Assembly: GCF_018350175.1 (NCBI RefSeq)
Contig: NC_058368.1
Location: forward strand, 56,670,001-56,734,000
From: Felis catus
Taxonomy: Eukaryota
Length of the DNA: 64,000 bases
Direction: 5' to 3'
A program made the translations under genes and the position numbers. This document shows, in pieces, positions 39,073 through 52,615 of this stretch (positions are counted from its first letter, which is position 1; each line of letters opens with the position of its first letter). The notes beneath the pieces are model-generated. The model searched no databases. It saw nothing but the letters and a program-made list of their open reading frames with translations, and was not told the DNA's origin.

Positions 39073-39550
39073 TTAGGTATATATGAAATCTGAACAATAT
39101 GGATGTGTTTAGCAAACCTTGATTCTCAGGTTCTTAGAGCCATTCAAAAATGGTTTCCACATACATGATATATAAAAGCATTTTTATTTACTGAAAAGTA
39201 TATCTGTGCATTGAAAGCTAAATATTCATATAAAATGTAATTATCATCACCAGGAGTCTATTTGAGTATCTCAATTTAATTTTAATTTAGAGAATTTACC
39301 TGAGAGATAATTTTTGAAACATAATGTGTTGATCCAATTAAATTCTGCTTGCATAAGATTAAACTCGACTGTCACTGGCATTAGCTCTTTTCACCTTTCT
39401 TTTCAGTTTGAAAGAACTGTTTCCAGAGTGATACCAATGTCCTCTACTTTGTTTCTGGTCCAGATATCTGAGAGAAATATTTTATTAGTTTTGAAATACT
39501 CTGTTTTCATTTTTTTATGAGTCTCTTGTTTTGTGAAAAAGTAGGATAAA

Positions 39551-39820
39551 ATTTTATTTTTATTTTATTTTATTATTATTTTTTTTTAGTTTCAAGTTTT
39601 TATTCTAATTCCAGTTAGTTAACATACAGTGTAATATTAGTTTCAGGTGTAGAATTTAGTGATTCATTACTTGCATGCAATACTCAATGCTCATCACAAG
39701 TGCCCTACTTAATAATACCTATCATCTATTTAATCCATCCCCCCAACCCCCACCTCCACCCACTTCCCCTCCAGGCAAATCTCAGTTTGTACTTTATAGT
39801 TAAGAGTCTCTTTTATGGTA
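39551..39820 (-). mobile_element. Carnivore L1 extreme 3' end
   Basis: T-rich tail, then 'agttagttaacatacagtgtaatattagtttcaggtgtagaatttagtgattc...taagagtctcttttatgg'. Confidence 0.88.
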
Positions 39821-41699
39821 CTTATTCTTGATATAATAACTTCTTGATAAAACATAATTATGAAGCAGGTTAAATGTCCATTTTTACAACTATTTAATAG
39901 TAGTATTACTTACTACTTACTACTTACTACTTACACAGTATTTACTTTGTGCATCCTCTTCCAAAATGAACATGCCTTGAAGCTTTATGAAACAGTTATG
40001 ACATTTATTTCAAATTTCTTCAAATAAAGATTCATTTAAATGTTACATGTTTAGGTATCTGAATGCATTTTCATTATTTTAGATTCTGTATAAGAACTGT
40101 CTTTATAATAAGGAGCCATTAAATAATTCACTAATTTTTACTTATTCACATGAATTGATTTTCATGACTAATCTGTTAGATTAAAAATAAAATTGCTATA
40201 CTCTGATAGAAATATGCCATATATTCTCATGTGCCATATATGCTCATGACTAAAAATAATTTTGGATGCCTTTTTTGTCTCTTATTAATATTATCACACT
40301 AATGAAATTCAAGAAACAATTAGTATAAATCTTAAAATACTGTGATTTATGTTCAGTTTATACTTTATATACATAAATCTGTGATGTATGTTCAATTTAT
40401 ATGTTGTTTAAGCAATAAATAACATATTTTTATGTTTATTATCTAATATACATAAGATGTACTAGACATGTAATCAATATATAATACAATTATGATATAA
40501 TTCATATAGTAAAATTTTAATAAGTTGATTACTGGTAATAATATATTAGCTTATATGTAAGTAATATATTAACGTATACAGTTTTATATGTTGTGTATAT
40601 AATATACATTAGATGTGTACATATAACATGTCTGTGTATATTTTGTATATATGCATTAAGATATTCAGCCATTCTTACTTCTTACCCATAATATTGCTTT
40701 TATCTGAATATGTCAAATAATATATCATATCATATTTAAGTATATTTTCTTTATAACTTAAGACTCTTTGTTATTTCTCTGGATTTTGGTATTTCCAAAT
40801 TTAATGTAAATAACATATTTTATGATACTTCTCAGTGGAGCACTGTGTATGACTAGACCCTCATACACAGTTCTGTCTTAAACATGACATCCTGCTCATG
40901 GTGGGATGTGTTGATATATTATTTACTTTTACATTATGCCTGTATTTCTTTATTGGAAGTACACCCATGTACTTTAGGTATATTTGGCCTAATAATAATC
41001 TGCAATGATTGATAAAAACCAAATGTAAAAATTCAAATTTTATTGTGCAAATTTAGAAAATGAATATCTATATGCTGTTAAGATGAGCCTTTCTGTGAGA
41101 AATAATAATCATGTATATTTTAGCAAACTTATGTTTGGTACTAAAAATAATTTAAAAATTCTTTCAAAAATTATATTTTAATTGACATTCTTTTAATACA
41201 TTTGTATCATCTTTGAGATCATTCAACTGACGTTTTGAAAATGAAGAAGCAGGTTGATGGAGGAGACAAGAATTCCATGGACTAATATGAGATTCTCAGA
41301 GCTATCCTCTAGATTGAGGGTAGAGTAAGATCAGATGGCCAAGATATTTTTGTGATTGATGGAAAGACCAGTAATCAGAGACACATTTAATAATTTATTT
41401 TTCTTATCTCTGATGCAGAAAATGGTCTAATCTATCTAATGACAAGTTCAATTAGAGTCAACATCTGTTTGACCTTAAGATATATTCCTGGAGTGAACAA
41501 ATAGTAAAGGCTTCAGGATATGTGGCAAGCATTATATCTTGGTGTGAAAAGACCTTGTATAAGGACTTGTTTTCTCTATTATTTTCAAAATATGTAAAGA
41601 GTGGTGGAAAAGCTGAAAGAGCCATTATATTGATTAACCAACATTATATTGATTATATTGATTAATCAACATTATATTGATTGTTAACTATAAATAAGA

Positions 41700-42600
41700 A
41701 ATGCATGCAATTTAAAACTCAGTGTGTACATTAAAATGCCAAGAAATAAATGTTAAAGTTCTGTTGTAAAAAAGCGGACAAAGTTTTGGCATATATACTC
41801 CACAAAGAACACTTTAATACTGACGAGAAGAAAATAACTAAATCCAATAGACAATTGGGCAAGGTACACGAAGAGGAATTTGACTGTACAGCAAACCCAA
41901 ATAGCCAACAGGAAAATGGAATCATATTCAAATTTACTGATAATAGGGGTGGAAATTAGAGCAACAACGATATATATATACTTCTGTATAATACCTTGTT
42001 TTGGCAGGAGTGAAAGGAGAGGTGTTGCTGGGTGAAGGGTGAAGAGTTAGTAGCTGTTTTAGAAAGCAATGTGGAAAATATAATTAATAATAAAACAACC
42101 CTTCATTTCCATTCCAGACAATGTAATTTATAGCAAGTTGTTATTTTTTAAACTAGAATACATACATAGAATTTATTGAAGCCTTTTTTTCATAAAGTCA
42201 AAAACAGAGTCAATATGGGAAAAGTTGATAAAATATGCTACTTCTATTCCTTGGACTATTACAATCATTAAGCAGACTGGTTTATTACTAGTCATTATTA
42301 TTAATAGGACACTTGGGAGTATTTCCATAATGTATTGCTGGATGAGAAAAGCAAGCCCTAAAAAAAGTGTGTTTTACATGCTATTTTTGGAAAACCTAAG
42401 GGAATATCTAAGAAATGTGTTTTTATGTTTACCTTTGAACACAGCAAAAGATGGCATACAAACACAGCAAATGATATCAAGAACATAGCTGATCTGTTTC
42501 CTAATATTGTGAGGGAGGAGATAGAAAGAGAAAGTTGAATGGATCCATTCTGGATTATGTTGTGCCCTCCTTTTTAAAATTTTATATACCATATGATTTC
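41700..42600 (+). mobile_element. Highly decayed L1ME-like ORF2 end and 3'UTR
   Basis: 'aaatccaatagacaattgggcaagg', 'gctgttttagaaagcaatgtgg' and other degenerate L1 motifs. Confidence 0.55.
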
Positions 42601-44350
42601 CCTTTTATGTTTTCCTGTGTGGCATTACTAGTGTTCAGAAATAGCATTTGTTCTTCTGGAAACTTGACTCTGAATGTATTCTTGGAGTGAATAATAGAGG
42701 AAAATGTTGTGGTCTCAAACACTTCTTAAGTCAGAACTTTAATGCGAAATGGAATTAACCTTGAACCTCTTTATTTAGATTTTAAGAGTACACATTAAAG
42801 TGTTTAAATTTAGATTATGTTTTCTACCTTATTCTCAGAAAAATATTATGTCAACACAAAAACTAGCTGTATCATTTTTAACTAAGTATCATTTTAAACT
42901 AAATGACCAGTCAGAAAATAGTTGCTAATTAATTGTTAGATTGAACTTATTATGTTGACTCCACAGTTGACTCTGGCAATTGGTTCAATTGATAGAGATA
43001 ATATAACCGATTTGACTGAAAGTATTAGAGAAAAAAAGATGGCATTAAAACACACCAAAGCTAAAGTGAAGTGAGGAGACAGAAATTTCCTGGACCTGAT
43101 AAATAGTGTTAAAACTATTTCAAGACAGGATGTATTAAAAATAAGCATTGATTGTGAAAAATTGATGGATAATACTATATACCAAATTTTCTATGATTAG
43201 ACATTCCTAAATGATCACATTTGTTTCTTAGCTATGGAAAGGAAATAATAGTTTGACCTTCATTTATCTATTTGATACTTAACAGATATTACTGTAATTA
43301 TAAATTTATAGTCCTTCTATTTTTATAAGGATACAGCCTAAACTATAGAATATTTTACATAATAGAATGTTAGTCTTTTATTTTTATCCAAAAATTATGA
43401 ACAGAAACATAACTATAAACTTCTGCGATAAAAGACAAAACTAAACAGATGCCAGTACATATGTTATAGAAAGTATATTGTTTTACTTGAAGTTAGGATT
43501 TATTTTCTCATTTCATGATATAGTAAGACTACAAAACATCATGAATATGTGACTGCAAAGGAGACAAGCATTCATTTTGTTACTATAATAATATTTTTAA
43601 ATGTCACCATCTAATAAAATGGATTTTCGTCTGCACAATATCAGACTATGAAAAAGAATGTGGTATTTTTGCTGTTGTAATTTATTTTTACCACAGTCTT
43701 ATTCAACTTGTAAACACAGTTCTCAAATCTGCATCAACTATGGTCAATGGCTGATCATTATAATTCATAGATTAAACCAGCACAAAAATGCAGCTAAAGA
43801 AGTCAACATGCAAATGACAGGGCTTTAGTCTTTGTGTCCATCAAGACAGTATTTGCAATCACCAAATCCCAATGTGGCAAATCAGCACCATTCCTTGAAC
43901 CATGGAATTAACGGAAAGTACATTTCCAACTGTGCTAGATAATGAACTTTGCTTTTACAAATCTTATTTCTTATATAGCATTGAATATTTTATTATTTCC
44001 AAAATAAATCTTATTAATAATCTTTAAACTAATTTGAGTACATATATCCATTGTACCTTGCCGATGAGGTAGCCATAAAAATTTAATAGTGAGATTATAG
44101 AATATTAAAAGTTGTTAGAATATGACTTCAGAAATTATGTTCTAGCATATTTGTAGCTTCCCATGATGTTAGCCACAGTGAGAGAATTCAGTGAATATGT
44201 ATTAGTTATTTGAATAATAGAATATCAGTTCTATATGAAAATTGACAAGTGAGATAGATGAGGTCTTATTTCTCTATACATTTGTCTTTAAAAACTGTCA
44301 ATTTTTGAGACTCTATGCCTTAATTTCACTTATTTCTTTAGGAAACATTT

Positions 44351-44585
44351 GGGGCACCTGGGTGTCTCAGTCAGTTAAGCGTCCGACTTCAGCTCAGGTC
44401 ATGATCTCATGGTCCGTGAGTTTGAGCCCTGTGTCGGGCTCTGTGCTGTCAGTTCAGACCCTGGCGCTTGCTTCGGATTCTGTGTCTCCCTCTCTCTCTG
44501 CCCCCCCTCACTCCCCCCACTCTCTCTCCCCCCACTCACGCTCTGTCTCTACAAAAAATGAATAAATGTTAAAAAATTAAAAAAA
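44351..44585 (+). mobile_element. SINEC_Fc2-like SINE
   Basis: Full head-body-tail structure. Confidence 0.95.
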
Positions 44586-45653
44586 GTCTGATTACCCAGT
44601 TGTGAAAAAGTATTTGAAAAAATTATTATAAAAATACATCATTTTAGAATTGCTTTCAGTATATACTGAGTTTCACTTGTACTCATTGTATCTTGTTTTT
44701 CTTTCCCCAAGGGTTAAATCAACAATAGTTCCATTTCAGTACTTCTGTGTAATATTCTTAGAAAGAAAATAAAGAAAATAACCATAGGATAGAAAGAAAA
44801 AAAGTATCAATTTCATTTTTATTTTCTATTAAAGTACTACATTTTCTGTGACTGAAAAAAAAAAATAACCGGAGAAATTACTCTTTCTTTATAAAGACTT
44901 TGTGTTTATACGCTTAAAAAATAGAATCATTAAAAATTCTCATTTAGCTCTTATCTACTGATATTCCCCATACATTTAATTCTTATCCAACCTATCTCTC
45001 TTAATATATTAAACAGATATTATTTATTCTAATGTGAAGGGACACTTGCATGAGATAAAAGCCATATTGTGTAAATGTTGTCTTGTGAAAGTGACCCAGT
45101 GTGTGCATATATAAATATGCTTATTAATTTGGATAGAGATGTTTATTGGAGTTAACCTTTTTTTAGCAATACATCAGAAAAAAAGGCTTTTAGTGCACTG
45201 TAGACAGGTAAAATAAGATTCATGTCAAAATCAGAAAGGCAGCATATGTGAAAGAGATCAGACCTGCTATAGGAGAGATTGATGAGCTAAATCACAGAAA
45301 AATGATAGGGAAGGGAACACCAGTGTAAAGTGTTTGGATTCTCAACACATGCAGGATGACAATGATACAGATACATCCTTTTAAAAGCATGTCTATAATA
45401 TTTATAATTCTTATGATGGAAATTTACATATGCCAATTATAAAATCATGTTTTATTTTATTACATTTCAAAACCATATATTAGAATGCCAGCAATGTAAT
45501 GTAAGTCACAAGACTTGATTTTAGATATTTATTCTCCATGTGGATCCAAAACCTTGATTTATCATTTCCTGGAAAGACACAACTAAGCTGATATTTGCCT
45601 GGGCAGACAAATAACCCACATGTTCTTTCCTCCTCTAAGAAATATACAATCTT

Positions 45654-45875
45654 GGGGCGCCTGGGTGGCGCAGTCGGTTAAGCGTCTGACTTCAGCCAGG
45701 TCACGATCTCGCGGTCCGTGAGTTCGAGCCCCGCATCGGGCTCTGGGCTGATGGCTCAGAGCCTGGAGCCTGTTTCCGATTCTGTGTCTCCCTCTCTCTC
45801 TGCCCCTCCCCCGTTCATGCTCTGTCTCTCTCTGTCCCAAAAATAAATAAACGTTGAAAAAAAAACTTTAAAAAA
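45654..45875 (+). mobile_element. Young SINEC_Fc SINE
   Basis: Near-consensus and CpG-rich; perfect 15-bp TSD aagaaatatacaatc (45637-45651 / 45876-45890), with 2 extra nt (tt) before the head. Confidence 0.98.
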
Positions 45876-46815
45876 AAGAAATATACAATCAGAAAATGTG
45901 ATGATACAGTGAAATCTAATGTAGGTATACTAATGCAAATAATACAATGGCAATTTAATACAGTGAATAGAACATTAGACTGGCAGTCCAGAAACATGTT
46001 CTTCTATCAGAAAGAACATTAACTATGTGACCTTGTAGAATATTTGTGACAGGGTACGTATTTTCATAGAACAAAGTGACAATATTTATGTTTTAGAAAT
46101 CCATATGAGCTCTCTTCACCTATAGGATTTAATATATTTTTCAAAAGACTGGTATTTTCATTAGGACACAAAAGGGTAGGTCAATTTTTTTTTCTATTAT
46201 AAAACTTCTATTTTTATGCTGACTTAGGAACATAAATATATTCAATGAGTTAGAAGCAATTAATCATACGAAGATTAGTTAGAACAGTGTGGATTGATTT
46301 TTGACAGTTATTGCTTGACTTTGATAGATCAGGAAAGACGAAAAAGTGCTTACAATTTGTTTTACTTCTGTCTGTGTAAAGATCATGAATGTTCAGGTAC
46401 ATTTAAAGTCAAGAGATTTTATAACTGTTAAAATAGTGGCTGAACCTTGAAGAACTCAGGCATGAAAAAGGCAAAAAATTGAGAAAATACTCTTCAATTT
46501 TTTATAAATTATTTTGGGAGCACTGTACTATGGAGGCATTAAAAGTTTGTAATTTATTTACTTTGCCGTGTTTGAATGTTTAACATTTTAATGTTGTCTT
46601 CAAAAGTAAGCTGTATTATATACATAAGATATCACCATTTAACTCCCTAAGGGGGGGGGGGAGATCTGTCAAATGGTTCTATACATGTCACCTATATGAC
46701 AATATCTCATTTTCTTTTTAACAAACATGAATAATTCATTGAAATATTTTTATAATAATACAGCAGACATAAAGGAACACCAGTGTTTAGAAGACTTAAA
46801 TAGGAAAGATCATGA

Positions 46816-47063
46816 TTTTTTTTCCTCACTCCCTCCCTTTCTCCTCCCATCTTTCCTTTCTTTCTCCCTCCCTCTGTTTCTTCCTCCTTCCCTTCCCTCC
46901 CCTCCCTTCCCCTTCCCCTCCCCTCCCCTTCCCCTCCCCTCCCCTCCCCTCCCCTTCCCTTCCCTTCCCTTCCCCTCCCTTCCCTTCCCTTCCCTTCCCT
47001 TCCTTCTCTTCTTTTCTTCCTTCCCTCCTTCCCTCCCTTCCATCCTTCCTTTTTCATCTCCTC
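46816..47063. repeat. Polypyrimidine/polypurine tract with (CCCCT)n/(CCCTT)n
   Basis: ~250 bp almost purely C/T on the plus strand. Confidence 0.95.
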
Positions 47064-47136
47064 TGACAGGTAAAGACAAAAAGGACTAAGACAAAAATAA
47101 GTTGGGCAAATTTTCTCATAACTGCTGTTGTGTTTT

Positions 47137-47356
47137 CTTTTTATTATTATTTTTTTAATGTTTTTTTATTTATATTTGAGAGAGAGACAGAGCTTGAGAA
47201 GGGAAGGGGCAGAAAGAGATGGAGACAGAATCGGAAGCAGGCTCCAGGCTCCAAGCTGTCAGCATAGAGCTCAACATGAGGGTTCAACTCATGAACCGTG
47301 AGATCATAACCTGAGCTGAAGTCGGACGCTTACTGACTGAGCCACCCAGGCACCCC
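47137..47356 (-). mobile_element. SINEC_Fc2-like SINE
   Basis: Reverse-complement SINE; degenerate TSD tgctgttgtgttttct / tgctattgggttttct. Confidence 0.95.
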
Positions 47357-48236
47357 TGCTATTGGGTTTTCTATTTAATAATGGTGGGATGGAAGATAAA
47401 TGGAATGTTTTAAGCATCTTTTGAACATTATGGAAAGTAGGATTTAAACAGAAAGTCAATGTACGGTCAGTCATAGAATTCCAACTTTCATGCAATGGAG
47501 GCAAAGATGTTTTTGAAAATTGCCAGATATTTTGTTACTGACTAAAGCAGTGATAAGCAGTGTGTGAATTCAAATAAAACCAAAAAATGTATATATTGTG
47601 AGGTACTTACTTCATTTTTAAAAATTTCTTTTATGCTATTATATTACCTAAGTACACAAATATACACAGTCACCAAATCTAAATGAAAGGGTTACTATAA
47701 GAACACCACTATTACAGTGATTATCTATGTATACCTTCACACATGCACACACAGGCACAAGATACATACATATATAAATTTAGTTGTCATACCTTAGGAT
47801 TCTCTTGTCTGTGACAGGTTTTTAGACTTTCTCATTTTTTATTACTTTGACAAGTTTTGATGAATACTGTATAATGTCCATCAATTGTGATTTGAGTGAT
47901 ATTTTTCCTCATAATTTTGCTGTGTTTATCTTTTGGAAGTCAGAGATACTACAGAGAAGTGTCATTCTTATCATATAATATCAACAGCACCTAGTATCAA
48001 CATGACATAACTACATTTTAAACTTGATCACTTGATTGAAATAGTGTTTGTCAGGAATCTCCACTATAAATCTACTCTTTCATCATTCTGCTTCCTATAC
48101 TATAGTTTTTGGAAGTAAGCCATTATGGTTGCTGCTACACTTAAGAAGGGGGAGTTGTGTTCAATCTCCTTGAGAGAGGAGAATCTATAAATTATTTGGA
48201 ATTTTGCACAGGATATTTGTCTCTTCTTTGACACCA

Positions 48237-48432
48237 TTTTTTTTAAGTCTATTTATTTTGAGCGAGAGAGAGCACATGTGCAGGAAAGGGACAGAGAGAG
48301 GGAGAATTCCAAGCAGGCTCTGCACTGTCAGCACAAAGCTTGATGCAAGACTCTATTTCACAAACTGTAAGATCATGACCTGAGCCGAAATCAAGAATCA
48401 GATATCTAACTGACTGAAGCACCTAGGCGCCT
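48237..48432 (-). mobile_element. Carnivore SINE nested in L1
   Basis: Reverse-complement SINE ending 'cacctaggcgcctc'. Confidence 0.93.
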
Positions 48433-49782
48433 CACTTCTGTTCCACTTATTTACTTATTTAGTCATGTCTTTATATCTATATGGATTCGTGGATATTTTA
48501 TACTTTGGGTTATATTCAGTGCTAAATTATTTATTTTCTTGCTCAAATTGTTCCAGATTTGGGCACCGGAGACTTTTTTGGTTGACCCCCATTGTTCTTT
48601 TGATATACCCTCAATGATATTTGAGTATGTGTGTATATGTGTGTTTTGAGCACTCCATTAACTTTTACTACTGTAGGTTACTTCAAGCTCATGCTGTAGA
48701 TTTGTTTCCTCTGTTCTAGATTGAACTATTTCTCCAAAGAGAAATGTATTCAAAACCAAGGTCTGGGAGCCACATGTGCTCTTTGCTAATAGTCGTCATT
48801 GTTTGTACACCCTCCCAACTAACAGACAGGAAGTACATCTGTGTATATTGACCTGTGTATGCACACATATCTATAAATATTTCTGTATGAAATCATCTAT
48901 ATCTACATTAAACTGAAAATGACTTCATACTGATATTTCCAAGTCTAATCCATTACCACATGGATTATTCCCCCTCTCCTTGATGAACTGTCACCTCCAA
49001 CTACAAATATGACAGACTGACTCTCACCACCAATAATCCATTCAGTTAATTATGTACTGTATCATAACTGTTAACCATACCTCTGTGGGAAACTTATCAA
49101 CAAAAATACATAATTTGTGGACCTTCTTACCTTTAATCTTATAGATTCCACTCATTTTCAAAGTTACTCAGACCAACATTTTTCTCCTTCTCTTCCTTCA
49201 GTGAAGTTATTTTATTCATTTATAATACAGTTAGATTCTTTTGTTAATCTGTATTCTATCCCAGGATCCCTTGGTCTCCAAAAATGATGTTTTAAATTTG
49301 TATACAATTTACTCTTTGTGTTATGAAGTCTAATGGGTTTTGACAAATGTAGAGTGTCACATATTCACCATTGCAGAATCATATAAAATAATTTTACCGC
49401 CATAAAAATCCACTGTTTTTTACGTACTCAGCCTCTTTCCCTCAACACACATTATCACCCAGATACCACCATCCAGTTTGCCATATTTATATCTTTGCCT
49501 TTTCCAGAATGCTATATAATTGGAACCATGCAGAATGTAACTTTTTCATATAATTACTCTCACTTAGCATGTGCAAGCATTTATGCATGTCTTTGCATGG
49601 CTTAACAGTTTGCTCCTTTTAATTACTGAATAAAATCAATTCTATACATGTACCACAGTTTGTTTATGCATTTACCTATTGAAGAACATCTTGGTTGATC
49701 ACAGTCTTGAATGATTATGAATAAAGTTACAATAAATGTTAATGTCCAGGTTTTTGTGTAGAAATAAGTTTTCCAATCACTT

Positions 49783-49784
<2 letters not shown>

Positions 49785-49836
<52 letters not shown>

Positions 49837-50045
49837 CACAGCAATTTTGGAAGAGTATAGCAGTTTCAAACAAGTCTAAGCATACAGCTGAACAGTCAGG
49901 CATAAATATATATGTGTGCATATATATATGTGTGTGTGTGTGTGTATTATATGTGTGTGTATATATATGTGTGTGTGTATATATATGTATATGTGTGTGT
50001 ATATATGTGTGTGTATATATATGTGTGTGTGTATATATATGTGTG

Positions 50046-50088
<43 letters not shown>
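49785..50088. repeat. (TA)n and compound (TG)/(TA) microsatellites flanking an inverted 70-bp duplicate
   Basis: (TA)~24 at 49785-49834; compound tract at 49905-50088. Confidence 0.95.
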
Positions 50089-50091
<3 letters not shown>

Positions 50092-50358
50092 TGACTGTTC
50101 AGCTGTATGCTTAGCCTTGTTTGAAACTGCTATGCTCTTCCAAAATTGCTGTACAGTTTTGCGTTTCCACTAACAGTGAACGAATGAGAGTTCCTATTGC
50201 TCCACATCCTTAGAAACAAACAGAATTGTCAATATTCATTTTTTTTAAATTTTAGCCATTCTAATAAATGTGTAGTATCTCATGAAAGGAAGAATTCAGA
50301 AAGTCAACTAATATATATTCCACTTTCTTTTCCCAATACTGAATAAATCTCTTAGTAA

Positions 50359-50566
50359 TTTTTTAAAGTTTATTTATTTATTTTGAGAGAGAGAGGGAGA
50401 GAGATGGAGAGTGGGGGAAGGGCAAGAGAGGGAGAGAGAATCACAAACAGGCTCCACACTGCCAGCACAGAGCCTAATGTGGGGCTCAACTTCACAAACC
50501 GTGAGATCGTGACCTGAGTTGAAATCAAGAGTCAGATGCTTAACCCATTGAGCCACCAGGAACCCC
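50359..50566 (-). mobile_element. Carnivore SINE
   Basis: Reverse-complement SINE; TSD gaataaatctctta. Confidence 0.95.
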
Positions 50567-51503
50567 TCAGAGAATAAATCTCTTAACTGATCATAAATTT
50601 CCCAAAATTTTCTATATAGTTGCTTAAGATACTGCTAAATTAAGTTACATCTTCTTTTCCAATTCTATTTTATATATTCCTCTTTTTGATGATGAGATAT
50701 GGCAGTTTTCATAAGTTTTCCAAGAAAACAATGTAGAACTTTATTGGGTGAATCTTTGCAAAATCTAGTCTAATTAAAATCAATATTATAATACTGGCTA
50801 TTTCTTAGTACAACCTTGTGCTCAAAACTCATTTCTCTGTAGAGGAGTGAATGAATGTTTTATATTTAAAAAAGAACAATTATTTAAAGGGTTATTGTAT
50901 GGTCTAGATTTTTCTGAAGAAAATGAACTCAACATTTTAATACAAATCATTTTTAATATACTAGGAAATCAATAGATTCTGTGAACCTTAGTACCTTAAA
51001 TCATGTTATCTTGATGCTTAGTCCATTTACTTTTGTGAATTTAATATTTGCATTAAATTGCACAGTACAAGAGTTGAGATGTTTTGTTTTTTCTACATGG
51101 AAAGAAGTGTTAATTCTCAGTTCATCATGCTACAGAGTCAAGTATTGTAGATATGTAATCTACAAAACAATAGTGTAAAGAAGAAATCTTGGATATAACT
51201 TTTTGTAATGTTTAAAATTGTATTGTGGAATAGAAAATATAGCATTTTTAATGATGGTAAAAACAAATTCATGAATTGAAAAAAACCTATGATTTCAGGT
51301 AAAAGGGAGCAGAAATTTAATAGAAAATTATAAATACCTTAAAATTAGAACTTAAAAGTAATATTGTATAATTTATAAATATAAATAATTTAATGCAAAT
51401 TGTATTAATAAGCTTTAAAAATGAAAAAAAAAATTAGCCAAGGCACTTAGGGAGGAAGCCTACTCTGCAAGAAATAAATGTAGCTTTAAAATGCATAAAG
51501 ATC

Positions 51504-51745
51504 AGGGCGCCTGGTGGCTCAGTTGGTTGAGCGTCCAACTTCGGCCCAGGTCATGATCTCACGGCTCATTAGTTCGAGCCCACTTCAGGCTCTGTGCTGA
51601 CAGCTCAGAACATGGAACCTGGTTTGGATTCTGTCTCCCTCTCTCTCTGTCTCTTCTCTGCTCACACTCGGTTCTCTCTGTCTCTCAAAAATGAATAAAT
51701 GTGAAAAATTAATAAATAAATAAAAATAATAATTAAAAAATAATT
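51504..51745 (+). mobile_element. SINEC_Fc2-like SINE
   Basis: Head 'agggcgcctggtggctcagttgg', body, AT-rich tail. Confidence 0.95.
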
Positions 51746-51774
51746 TTTAAAAAGTGAGACAGCCAGAAAAGAAT

Positions 51775-52615
51775 AATAAAATTGTGGTGACAGTTGTGTA
51801 AATCTGTTGAAATACTAACCTTGATTTAATTTTATAATTTAAATGGGCTATGTTTATGGTATGTGAATTATATCTCAAATTGTTAGAAGAGCACAAAGCA
51901 TTGCTACTACGAATCCACAAGACTGAAAAATTGTAATGACTACCAACAACAACTCTCATAGAAATGAAAACAACAATGGGAGCTTTCATTTATTTTAGTC
52001 TGTAGTATAGAACCTGTTCACCCACTTTGGAAAATCTTTGAATATATGCATATTTTGGCCCAGCAATTCCACAGAATATATTCAATCAAGAAGTTGATAT
52101 CAGCAAGGTTTATTATATCCAATAAGGAGAAACAAATCAAGTGCTCAGCAAGATTGGAATAGATGGATAAATTAAGACATATTCATAGTGACTGAATATT
52201 ATATAACAAATAAATGAACAGCAGCTTCATATAACAATACAGATAAATCTCACATATAATTGGGTGACAAAGGCATTTGACAAAGTGATGCATACAATGT
52301 AATTTTACTTATATAATGTTGAGGAGCAAATAATATTCAGCTGTATTGTTTAGGGGTGTTTACATATATGTCAAAATGTTTTAAAGCACCGAGATAGTTT
52401 TTACATGTGGGAGAGAGCTGAAAGTTTGTAAAAAGGAAACTAAATATTGGGAACTTCTGGGATACTGTCTATTTTATTTCTTGATCTGGGAGGGCATTAT
52501 ATGGGTTTTTGATTCATATACTGTTATAATTTATATTTAATGTTCTCCCCTTCTGTATGAATGAATAAATATGGCCTTTCTTACAGTTAGTAAGACAAAA
52601 ATAAATAAAAAAGTC
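51775..52615 (+). mobile_element. Ancient L1M 3'UTR fragments
   Basis: 'ttatggtatgtgaattatatctcaa', 'ggcccagcaattccac', 'gaatagatggataaattaagacatattcata', 'ttttatttcttgatctggg'. Confidence 0.65.

Larger units (their letters stand above)
47770..50280 (-). mobile_element. Ancient L1MC/MD-like long 3'UTR plus ORF2 C-terminus
   Basis: Minus-strand ORF 49623-49844 contains 'KTYFYTKTWTLTFIVTLFII..QPRCSSIGKCINKLWY', matching the L1 ORF2 C-terminal motif; 3'UTR motifs 'gtcattcttatcatataatatcaa', 'gctcaaattgttccagatttgg'. Confidence 0.85.

Noticed and set aside
46707..47089. Four overlapping Pro/Ser- or Gly/Arg/Glu-rich ORFs
   Set aside because: Artefact of a stop-free polypyrimidine/polypurine repeat.
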